Shown here: positions 9,412 through 16,346 of the stretch, piece after piece
How positions within the stretch are numbered: the first letter of the stretch is position 1
How the letters are laid out: each line of letters begins with the position of its first letter
Origin: Candidatus Electronema aureum
GTDB taxonomy: Bacteria > Desulfobacterota > Desulfobulbia > Desulfobulbales > Desulfobulbaceae
DNA length: 32,000 bases
NCBI GenBank assembly: GCA_004284765.1
Contig: NQJD01000001.1
Span: 60,001-92,000 of the forward strand
Reading direction: 5' to 3'
Translations under genes and position numbers: made by a program
The notes under the pieces: model-generated
What the model saw: only the letters and a program-made list of their open reading frames with translations
Told to the model about the DNA's origin: nothing
The model's database searches: none

Positions 9412-9750
9412 TTAGTGTCCTCCAAAGAGATAGTTGTACCGTTGCTTTGCTATTTCCAAAGTAATTTCCGCCTGCCTGATCTTAATACCGAGTTCGATGT
9501 CCTTGGCTACATACTCATCGCAATTGAAATCGCTGGCGAGGATCAGGCTGTGCGCAGAGGTGGGCGAAAGATCAAGCATATTCTCCTGCTCTCGCTGCAT
9601 CTTACGGATACTGATCTCCAAGTCTTCGATCTTGCGCTTATAAACTAACTGCGCATCCTCAGCAATCGCTGCTGCCCGATCTTCGCGAATCTCTTTGTTG
9701 TTGCGCTTCAAGGAACCTATGAAGGCTCCGGTCAGCTCCTTGTCGTCCAT
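9412..9750 (-). CDS. Small helical/coiled-coil protein of unknown function, first gene of the cassette
   Basis: 112 aa with a charged heptad-like sequence (EDAQLVYKRKIEDLEISIRKMQREQENML ... ELGIKIRQAEITLEIAKQRY). A good SD (AAAGGAGA) lies upstream of the ATG at 9750. I do not recognise the family. Confidence 0.6.
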   Translation of the reverse strand: MDDKELTGAFIGSLKRNNKEIREDRAAAIAEDAQLVYKRKIEDLEISIRKMQREQENMLDLSPTSAHSLILASDFNCDEYVAKDIELGIKIRQAEITLEIAKQRYNYLFGGH

Positions 9751-9832
9751 TTTCCGTTCTCCTTTGGTTGCGCCTTACTTTCCAGTTTGAGCTTAACTAC
9801 GGCGTATAACTCCTGAAACGGGATGATCAGCC

Positions 9833-9861
9833 AGAGTAGAGCAGTGACAGGAATTTGTCAA
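9833..9861 (-). promoter_or_regulatory. Putative sigma70-type promoter for the coiled-coil/vWA/PurA-like operon
   Basis: On the minus strand: TTGACA (9861..9856), a 17-nt spacer, then TACTCT (9838..9833), about 80 nt upstream of the ATG at 9750. The -35 is perfect and the -10 is a partial match (T1, A2, T6). Confidence 0.4.
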
Positions 9862-9889
9862 GAGGAATGTGGAGCTGTCTCTATCTGAA

Positions 9890-9999
9890 GAGCTACACCC
9901 GTAGCTCTGGGGGAGCATACTGCTATGCTCTTACCGAGCATACTACTATGCTCCCAAAGAGGATAACGTTATGCTCTTGAGGAGGATAGTGGTATCCTC
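9890..9999. promoter_or_regulatory. Array of five 18-bp palindromes (7-4-7 architecture, GAG-N12-CTC) at an exact 23-bp period
   Basis: The units start at 9890, 9913, 9936, 9959 and 9982. They read GAGCTAC-ACCC-GTAGCTC, GAGCATA-CTGC-TATGCTC, GAGCATA-CTAC-TATGCTC, GAGGATA-ACGT-TATGCTC (hybrid arms, one mismatch) and GAGGATA-GTGG-TATCCTC. The array lies in the divergent intergenic region between the cassette and the Roco gene. Confidence 0.85.
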
Positions 10000-10052
10000 T
10001 TTGCGTTGCATAGGTTATAGAGCAAGATTCGTTCGAGGCATGATGACAGGCC

Positions 10053-10080
10053 GTAGGGACACGACATGTCGTGTCCCTAC
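10053..10080. repeat. 28-bp perfect palindrome, a member of a dispersed GTAGGG..CCCTAC palindromic family
   Basis: GTAGGGACACGACA|TGTCGTGTCCCTAC, 14+14 with no loop, 22 nt upstream of the Roco SD. Its arm ends match the palindromes at 25269..25322 and 25484..25511. Confidence 0.8.
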
Positions 10081-10117
10081 ATGGTTGCGGCAATAACACC
10101 CACGGAGGAACAAGGCA

Positions 10118-12001
10118 ATGAGCAAAGAAGATGCGTTGTGGAGGATTAAAAACGCGGCGAAGACAGGGGTAACAGTGCTTGATCTTGGCCAACAAGGATT
10201 AACCGAGCTGCCGCCAGAACTCTTTCAACTCACCAATCTCACCGCGCTTAACCTCTACAGCAATCAGCTTACCACTCTGCCGCCAGAAATCATACAGCTA
10301 ACCAAGTTAAGGCAGCTTTATCTTTACAACAACCCCCTCATCTCCCCACCTTACGAACTTGCTGTCCAAGGCATAGAAGCCATACGCGAATACTTCGCCG
10401 AAGTGGAAGGCGAGACCAAGGAAGTGGCAGAGGTCAAGGTCATCCTTGTAGGCGAAGGCGCATCAGGCAAGACCTCGCTCACCCGCTGCCTGAAAGGTGA
10501 GCCGTTCGACAAGCACGAGCCTACCACCCACGGCATCAGGATTGAGGAACTGACCCTCGCAGGCCCATCCCGGTCAATCCGCTGCAAGCTGTGGGACTTC
10601 GGCGGCCAGGAGATCATGCACGCCACGCACCAGTTTTTCCTCTCTCGCCGCAGCCTGTACGTTCTTGTCCTCGACGGCAGGCGCGACGAGCGGCCCGAAC
10701 ACTGGCTGCGCTACATCGAAACCTTCGGCGGCAGCTCGCCCGTCTTAGTTGTGCTCAACAAGTACGACACCAATCCCAGCTTTGATCTCAACCAGCGTTT
10801 TCTGAAAGAGAAATACCCGTTCATTGTTGATTTCTACCGGACTTCCTGCCCAAGAAACTACGGCATTGAAGAGTTGCGGCAGGCCATGACCGAGGAGCTG
10901 GACAAGCTGCCTATGACCAAGAACCAGTGGCCCATGAGCTGGTTCCGGGTAAAAGCAGAGCTGGAGGAGATGAACAGGCCGTGCATCCGCTACGAGGAGT
11001 TCGAGGGCATCTGCCTCAAAGCAGGCATCAAGGGCAAGACCACCCGCAAAGTGCTGGGGGCGTTCCTGCACGATCTGGGCAGCGTCATTCACTTTGAGGA
11101 CTTTGCCTTGGATGACAATCACGTCCTTGCGCCCAAGTGGGTGACTGGCGCGGTGTATAAGATCATCAATGCCGAACCGCTGGCTGCGAGCAAAGGGCTG
11201 CTCAAGCTCGATGATCTCAAGCAGATACTGGAATGGCAGGAAGGCGACGACTATCCATACTATCCGGGCGATTACGTCTATATCATCGAGCTGATGAAGA
11301 AGTTCGAGCTGTGCTATGAACTCAATGAGAAAGAGGTTCTTATTCCGCAGCTCTTGGGTGTGGCAGAGCCTTCCTTTGCCTTTGCAGAAGAGGGTGCTCT
11401 CCGCTTTGAGCTGCGCTATGAGGACTTCTTTCCGCCTTCCATCATGCCGCGTTTCATTGTCAAACGGCACCATGAGATAAACGACGGTCTGCGCTGGCGC
11501 AGCGGTGTTTTTTTAAAGAATCCCCAGCTTGATGCAAGCGCGGTGGTGCGGGCGGATAACGAGGCGAAGCGCATTCATATCGCCGTGACCGGCAAGGAGC
11601 GCAAAGTCTTCCTCGCCCTGATTTGGCTCACCTTGCGGGAAATCAATTCCGGCTTTGAAGGCTTGAAGGTGAGCGAAGAGGTCTGCATACCAGGTCAGCC
11701 CGACATCACTGTTGATTACGAGACTCTGCTCAACAGCCAGAAAGAAGGCATCCCAAAGATTTTCCCAAAAGGTGCGGAAAAGGCATACACCGTGCAAGAG
11801 CTGCTCGATAGTGTGCATTTCGATAATCCGAGCGAGGGAAAAAGAATGATTGCCTTGGCGGAAGGAGAAAGGAAGGTTGGAGCAGTAAACAAAACAGGCA
11901 CGGCGTTGAACACCATGTTCAAACTGGAACCTTCAGTGTTTGGCGTAGGAATCAACCTCAATGCTGTGTTCGATTATCTGCTGAAAAGGGAGAGGAAATA
12001 A
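10118..12001 (+). CDS. Roco-family protein: N-terminal leucine-rich repeats, a Roc (Ras-of-complex) GTPase and a COR domain
   Basis: 627 aa with SD GGAGGA upstream. LRRs: LTELPPELFQLTNLTALNLYSNQLTTLPPEIIQLTKLRQLYLYNNPL. GTPase motifs: G1 GEGASGKTS (10451..), G3 DFGGQE (10595..) and G4 NKYD (10757..). COR-like sequence: WFRVKAELEEM...FLHDLGSVIHFED...LAPKWVTGAVYKIIN. Confidence 0.88.
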   Translation: MSKEDALWRIKNAAKTGVTVLDLGQQGLTELPPELFQLTNLTALNLYSNQLTTLPPEIIQLTKLRQLYLYNNPLISPPYELAVQGIEAIREYFAEVEGETKEVAEVKVILVGEGASGKTSLTRCLKGEPFDKHEPTTHGIRIEELTLAGPSRSIRCKLWDFGGQEIMHATHQFFLSRRSLYVLVLDGRRDERPEHWLRYIETFGGSSPVLVVLNKYDTNPSFDLNQRFLKEKYPFIVDFYRTSCPRNYGIEELRQAMTEELDKLPMTKNQWPMSWFRVKAELEEMNRPCIRYEEFEGICLKAGIKGKTTRKVLGAFLHDLGSVIHFEDFALDDNHVLAPKWVTGAVYKIINAEPLAASKGLLKLDDLKQILEWQEGDDYPYYPGDYVYIIELMKKFELCYELNEKEVLIPQLLGVAEPSFAFAEEGALRFELRYEDFFPPSIMPRFIVKRHHEINDGLRWRSGVFLKNPQLDASAVVRADNEAKRIHIAVTGKERKVFLALIWLTLREINSGFEGLKVSEEVCIPGQPDITVDYETLLNSQKEGIPKIFPKGAEKAYTVQELLDSVHFDNPSEGKRMIALAEGERKVGAVNKTGTALNTMFKLEPSVFGVGINLNAVFDYLLKRERK

Positions 12002-12062
12002 ACCCGCAAACGCTTAGGATGTTCCCCGCCGCGATAAGCCCTGCTGCATAGGCACCAGCAGC

Positions 12063-14636
12063 TCACACGCCCAGCAAACGGTAGATCGCCTTCATATCTA
12101 AATTCCAGCGGAGGACTTCGGCCAGCTGGTCTAAGGCGGGTTCAAGGTCGTAGTGCGCACCTTGTCCACTTAATGCTGGCAGACCTTTCGCAGCCCGCCA
12201 GCGGTTGATCAGCCAACGGCGGAAAAGGTCGCTATCAAAGATACCATGCAGATAACTGCCCCAGACTTTGCCGCTGGGGTCAGTGCAGCCACAGGACGCG
12301 CCTCCCTCGAAGTGCAGCAGAGCCGCTGCTGCGGTTTCGCTGCGGCCATGATGAATCTCATAGCCACACACTGGCTGCCCAGAAGGAAGATGTGTTCCTT
12401 GCCTGCGGGTCAGGGTTTTCTCAGTGGCCAGCTCAGTGGTCAGGTCCAGCAGCCCAAGCCCCTTGCGCAGGCTGCCTGGCTCGCCTTCCAAACCGTGCGG
12501 ATCAAGCACCGAATGGCCCAGCATTTGAAAGCCGCCACAGATACCGATGATCTCCCGGCCTTGCTTGGCCGCCCGCAGGATGGCCGCATCTAAGCCGCTC
12601 TCCTTTAACCAAGCTACATCAGCAATCACGTTCTTAGAACCAGGCAGAATCACGCAGTCTGGCTGACCTAACTGATCGGCATGGCGCACGGTTCGCAGCC
12701 AAACATCCGGCTCGGCCAACAGCGGCTCAATATCAGTGAAGTTGGAGATATGCGGCAGGTCGATCAGGGCAATTTCAATATGCTCGGTAGCAGGCTTGGG
12801 CCGATTATACAGTCCGGCTTTGAAGCTGACTGAATCCTCCTGTGGCAGACCAAGCTCATGCAGCCAAGGAATCACCCCGAAAACGGGCTTGCCGGTGCGT
12901 TGTTCGAGGAAATGATGCGCATCGGCAAGCAGGCTGACATCACCCCGAAAACGGTTGACGATGAAACCAGCCAGCAGCTTGCGTTCCCAAGGCACCATTA
13001 CTTCCACATGACCGATAAAGGAGGCATAAACCCCGCCTCGGTCAATGTCACCGACCAACAAGGCAGGGGCTTGGCTGTGCTGGGCCATGCGTAAATTAAC
13101 GATATCATGAGCCTTCAGATTAACCTCACCCGCACTTCCTGCGCCCTCCAGAATGATGCAGTCCTGTTCGGCAGCCAGCTCGTCGTAGGCGGTGCAGACC
13201 GTCTGCCAGAGCTTGTCTTTGTAGCGCACGTATTCCGCCACCCGCATATTGCCCACGGGTTTGCCAAGGACAATCACTTGGCTGCCGGTATCGGAAGAGG
13301 GCTTGAGCAGAACTGGATTCATCCGCACATCCGGGTCGAGAAGGCACGCTTGGGCCTGCACCACTTGGGCACGGCCCATCTCGCCGCCGTCCTTGGTCAC
13401 GCAGGAGTTGAGCGACATGTTCTGGGCCTTGAACGGGGCCACGCGCAGGCCATCTTGCAGCAAGACACGACAGAGGCCAGCCGCTAACACGCTCTTGCCC
13501 ACATCTGAGCCAGTGCCGATCAGCATCAGGGCTGGAGTTCGTTTGCGCTGGGTTGTGCTTGAGACGGTCTTCTCTGGGTCGAGAATCTTTTGCAGGGCAT
13601 GGACAAGGCGGTTATTCTCTTCTTCCGAGCGCACGGCAATGCGGAAATACTGACTATTCAAGCCCTCGTAGTCGCTACAGACCCGAATGGCAATCTTGCT
13701 TTCCCGCAGCAGGCGATCAGCCAGATTCGCTGCGGATATCCGCCCGGACAGATGAATCAGCAGGAAGTTGGCTGCGCCCTCAATCACCCGGAGCCTTGGC
13801 AAGTTTTCTGCCAACTCTCGCAGCAGCTTTTCGCGGCAGTTCTGTACGGTTTCTCGGCTGCGCTGGATGTAGCTTGTCTGCCCTAAAACAAAGGTTCCGG
13901 CAGCCTGCGCCAAGGAGTTTACCGACCACGGCGCAATTTGTGTTCTGATCTTCTGGCAAAATGCTTCCGAAGCAGCGAGGAAGCCGAGACGGAGGCCAGG
14001 CACCGCAAAGAGCTTGGTCAGCGAGCACAGGGTGATGATGTTCTCTCGGCAGCAGGCTATCGACTCGTATCCCTCGATAAAGCCAGCAAAAGCCTCATCA
14101 ATGAGGAAAAGAACTTCTGGTTGCCTATCAGCCAAGGCTAACAGCTTTTGCCGATCATTCAGCCGCCCTGTAGGGTTGTTCGGTTGACCAAGGATGAGTA
14201 AATCACCGGGACGCAGCAGCTCGTAGAGCTGGCGCAAGTGAGGCTGGAAGTCTTGTTCCGCTGAGAGCGGCACCGGCAGCACCTTTACCCCAGCATGGGC
14301 GCAAGCGTTGCGGTAGTCGATGTACGCAGGCACAGGAATCACCGCCCGCTGCGGCTTCGCGGCCCGGACAGCAGCATAGAGCAGCTCAGAAGTACCATTG
14401 CCAACAACGATCTGGCCAGAGCCAATCCGATACTGGTTAGAAATGGCTTTAACTAAGTCTGCTGCTTCTGGGTCAGGATAGTGGATAATGTCAGGCAGCC
14501 GGGCGGCCAAAACCTGCCAAAGCTGCTCTGGTGGGCCAAGCGGGTTGATGTTGGCACTGCAATCAAGAATCTCTTCTGCCTTGCAACCAAGCCGGGCCGC
14601 CAGCTCGTGCAAGTTGCCGCCGTGTGTGCTGCTCAT
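12063..14636 (-). CDS. cobDQ: Fusion of CobD-type L-threonine-O-3-phosphate decarboxylase (class I/II aminotransferase fold) with cobyric acid synthase CobQ/CbiP
   Basis: 857 aa. The N-terminal ~355 aa (HGGNLHELAARLG...ILDCSANINPLGPP, PNNPTGR, SLTKLFAVPGLRLGF) are CobD-like. The rest (LMLIGTGSDVGKSVLAAGLCRVL..APFKAQNMSLNS, then the GATase part IGICGGFQMLG...YEIHHG) is CobQ. The junction is near nt 13560. Confidence 0.88.
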   Translation of the reverse strand: MSSTHGGNLHELAARLGCKAEEILDCSANINPLGPPEQLWQVLAARLPDIIHYPDPEAADLVKAISNQYRIGSGQIVVGNGTSELLYAAVRAAKPQRAVIPVPAYIDYRNACAHAGVKVLPVPLSAEQDFQPHLRQLYELLRPGDLLILGQPNNPTGRLNDRQKLLALADRQPEVLFLIDEAFAGFIEGYESIACCRENIITLCSLTKLFAVPGLRLGFLAASEAFCQKIRTQIAPWSVNSLAQAAGTFVLGQTSYIQRSRETVQNCREKLLRELAENLPRLRVIEGAANFLLIHLSGRISAANLADRLLRESKIAIRVCSDYEGLNSQYFRIAVRSEEENNRLVHALQKILDPEKTVSSTTQRKRTPALMLIGTGSDVGKSVLAAGLCRVLLQDGLRVAPFKAQNMSLNSCVTKDGGEMGRAQVVQAQACLLDPDVRMNPVLLKPSSDTGSQVIVLGKPVGNMRVAEYVRYKDKLWQTVCTAYDELAAEQDCIILEGAGSAGEVNLKAHDIVNLRMAQHSQAPALLVGDIDRGGVYASFIGHVEVMVPWERKLLAGFIVNRFRGDVSLLADAHHFLEQRTGKPVFGVIPWLHELGLPQEDSVSFKAGLYNRPKPATEHIEIALIDLPHISNFTDIEPLLAEPDVWLRTVRHADQLGQPDCVILPGSKNVIADVAWLKESGLDAAILRAAKQGREIIGICGGFQMLGHSVLDPHGLEGEPGSLRKGLGLLDLTTELATEKTLTRRQGTHLPSGQPVCGYEIHHGRSETAAAALLHFEGGASCGCTDPSGKVWGSYLHGIFDSDLFRRWLINRWRAAKGLPALSGQGAHYDLEPALDQLAEVLRWNLDMKAIYRLLGV

Positions 14637-15343
14637 GGTTGCAGCCCCAGCGTTGCGAAGGGTGGCAGAGCCAGTATCTCCATGAACGTAGAAACATGCC
14701 AGCGGGCTTCTAAGGCCGGGTTGCCAAAGGCGATCAAATCCACGCCTGCGGCTGCGCTGTGTGCCTGATCGACCGTGGAATCACCGATAAAGATCGCCTC
14801 ATCGGGTCGCAGCTGGAAATGATCGAGGATAACATGCAGGGCATCGGGCGCAGGCTTGGGTCGAGGCGCATTGGCAGCAGTCATGACGATCTCGAAATGC
14901 TGCCGTAGCTCGAAGATATCTAAGATCATGTCCATCGAGGTGGTGCGGTTGGTCGAGATAGCCCGGTGGCAGCGCGGCGTGATGATTTGCAAAAACTGCT
15001 TCAAGTCAGGGGCCATCTGCATGTGGCGGAGGTAAGGCGTATAATCGAGCGATTGCGAATAACTGCTTACTGCCTCCCTGCTGATCTGGTGGTGCTTGTG
15101 GAAGATATGGCGGATGGAGTCAGCGACATTGTGCATGTGGACATATTCAAGCTCCTCCATGCTCATAGGTGGGCAAGAGAAATGCGCAAGCAGATCATTG
15201 TAATAAACGCGGTTGGCCTCGCGAGAGTCGAAGAGCACTCCGTCACAGTCAAAGACGACAAGTTTCAGCATGGCAGGGGGAGGTGTGGTGGCGGGGAAAT
15301 CTGCTGATGTACTCAAGAGTATAGTGCAGATAAAACTTATCAT
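14633..15343 (-). CDS. HAD-superfamily hydrolase (phosphatase-like)
   Basis: It has HAD motif I VVFDCDGVLFDS, motif II STNR and motif IV-like FIGDSTVD. The stop overlaps the cobDQ start (ATGA at 14633..14636). The true start may be Met25 (ATG 15271..15269, MLKLVVFDCDG) rather than 15343; neither has a convincing SD. Confidence 0.75.
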   Translation of the reverse strand: MISFICTILLSTSADFPATTPPPAMLKLVVFDCDGVLFDSREANRVYYNDLLAHFSCPPMSMEELEYVHMHNVADSIRHIFHKHHQISREAVSSYSQSLDYTPYLRHMQMAPDLKQFLQIITPRCHRAISTNRTTSMDMILDIFELRQHFEIVMTAANAPRPKPAPDALHVILDHFQLRPDEAIFIGDSTVDQAHSAAAGVDLIAFGNPALEARWHVSTFMEILALPPFATLGLQP

Positions 15344-15377
15344 CCTTTATAGATGAATCGCATCTTTGAGAACATAT

Positions 15378-15488
15378 TCACGAAGCAATGTGTTCAGCCC
15401 ATTCTCGGTGACAACATCTTATATTAAAATATTTTATCTGGTTAGTGTCCATCATGGACAGGATGTTGAGTTTTTCTTTCTCAAACAT
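15378..15488 (-). pseudogene. Possible truncated remnant of a HEPN (DUF86-like) toxin gene
   Basis: A 36-codon ORF (MFEKEKLNILSMMDTNQIKYFNIR...) starts in an ATGTTTGA overlap with the MNT reading frame, as in HEPN-MNT pairs. It is far too short for a ~110-aa HEPN. The call rests on position and a weak N-terminal resemblance only. Confidence 0.25.
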
Positions 15489-15780
15489 AGATTATCTCGT
15501 TTCTCAGATAATCTTTCACGTAAGGCTTCAGATATTTTTCGCGGCACAAATCAACATCGCGCTGGAAGTGATTGGTTAAAAATTCTTTAAACCTGCTCTT
15601 CTTTTCATAGATATCTTCAGTTCCTTCTTGGAATTAAAGGATGATGTCTATATCGCTGCTGTCGTCTTGTTCATTTCTGGCGAAAGAGCCAAATAAGCCG
15701 AGCCTTGAAATATGACACTCATCTTTCAAGAACGAAATATAATCACTGAGGAATTTGATTATATCGTTTCCATTTAACAT
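15481..15780 (-). pseudogene. MNT-type minimal nucleotidyltransferase (HEPN-MNT antitoxin family) disrupted by an in-frame TAA
   Basis: Manual translation from ATG 15780 gives MLNGNDIIKFLSDYISFLKDECHISRLGLFGSFARNEQDDSSDIDIIL*FQEGTEDIYEKKSRFKEFLTNHFQRDVDLCREKYLKPYVKDYLRNEIIYV*. The nucleotidyltransferase signature GSxxR-x(n)-SDxD is present. The stop at 15636..15634 sits exactly where family members read DIDILVEF. Both halves are below the track's length cutoff. Confidence 0.7.
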
Positions 15781-15827
15781 TGTATCCTCAAACATGTTTT
15801 CCTATTCGGAAGAGGGGGCTGGCAGTG

Positions 15828-16085
15828 CTATTTATCATAATGGTAACGGCATTGCGCTATAATCAGATTCCCATCTTTGATGGTATAGACAAGCCTGTGC
15901 TCATCGTTGATTCTTCTGCTCCAGAATCCACTCCATTCATGCTTCAACAGCTCTGGCTTGCCTATACCAGAAAAAGGATTTCTCAAGATGTCTTTGATCA
16001 GCGCGTTGATGCGCTTCAGCATCTGTTTGTCGTTGCCCTGCCAATAAATATAATCTTCCCATGCCTGCTCGTGCCAGTTAATCAT
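15828..16085 (-). CDS. yoeB: YoeB/Txe-family type II toxin (ribosome-dependent mRNA interferase)
   Basis: MINWHEQAWEDYIYWQGNDKQMLKRINALIKDILRNPFSGIGKPELLKHEWSGFWSRRINDEHRLVYTIKDGNLIIAQCRYHY matches E. coli YoeB closely along its full length. I used the ATG at 16085, which overlaps the antitoxin stop by 8 nt; the track start at 16097 adds 4 aa. Confidence 0.93.
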   Translation of the reverse strand: MINWHEQAWEDYIYWQGNDKQMLKRINALIKDILRNPFSGIGKPELLKHEWSGFWSRRINDEHRLVYTIKDGNLIIAQCRYHYDK

Positions 16086-16317
16086 TGAGCAGCCCATGCG
16101 TTTCGTATTTGCCAGACTCGATATCTTTCACCGCCTTATCAAGGCGTTCTTTATTCGTCGCGGACTGCGCAAGATACTCAGTTTCGCTGTATGCACTGTC
16201 ATGATCTATCCGATCTCGCAGAGTCTCAAGAACGAATTCTTCCGCTGTTTGGCAGAATGATTTTGCAATATCATGTATTCTGCTTGTCAGGCTATCAGGA
16301 ATATTTATTGTCAGCAT
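16078..16317 (-). CDS. Chimeric antitoxin: ribbon-helix-helix N-terminus plus a YefM-type toxin-binding C-terminus
   Basis: 79 aa. The N-terminus LTINIPDSLTSRIHDIAKSFCQTAEEFVLETLRDRI has a strand-helix-helix (CopG/RHH) pattern. The C-terminus ETEYLAQSATNKERLDKAVKDIESGKYETHGLL resembles the YefM C-terminal YoeB-binding segment ([27 protein letters not shown]). Confidence 0.8.
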   Translation of the reverse strand: MLTINIPDSLTSRIHDIAKSFCQTAEEFVLETLRDRIDHDSAYSETEYLAQSATNKERLDKAVKDIESGKYETHGLLND

Positions 16318-16346
16318 TTGCTCCCCATCTTGTTTCCGTACCTAAA

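Noticed and set aside
9890-10080. The palindrome array as a small CRISPR array
   Set aside because: The units are 18 bp with only 5-bp gaps, so there are no spacers. The arm sequences vary, and there are no cas genes in the window.
10745-11473. A 242-aa minus-strand ORF inside the Roco gene
   Set aside because: It is antisense to a gene with clear LRR, GTPase and COR motifs, and I saw no independent coding signal.
12041-12061. The short stem CTGCTG-N9-CAGCAG between the convergent Roco and cobDQ genes as a bidirectional terminator
   Set aside because: The stem is only 6 bp with no flanking T or A tracts, which is too weak to report as a feature.
15634-15636. The in-frame TAA in the MNT gene as programmed readthrough or recoding
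   Set aside because: TAA is the least leaky stop, I saw no recoding signal, and the partner HEPN gene is also truncated. Pseudogenisation is the simpler reading.
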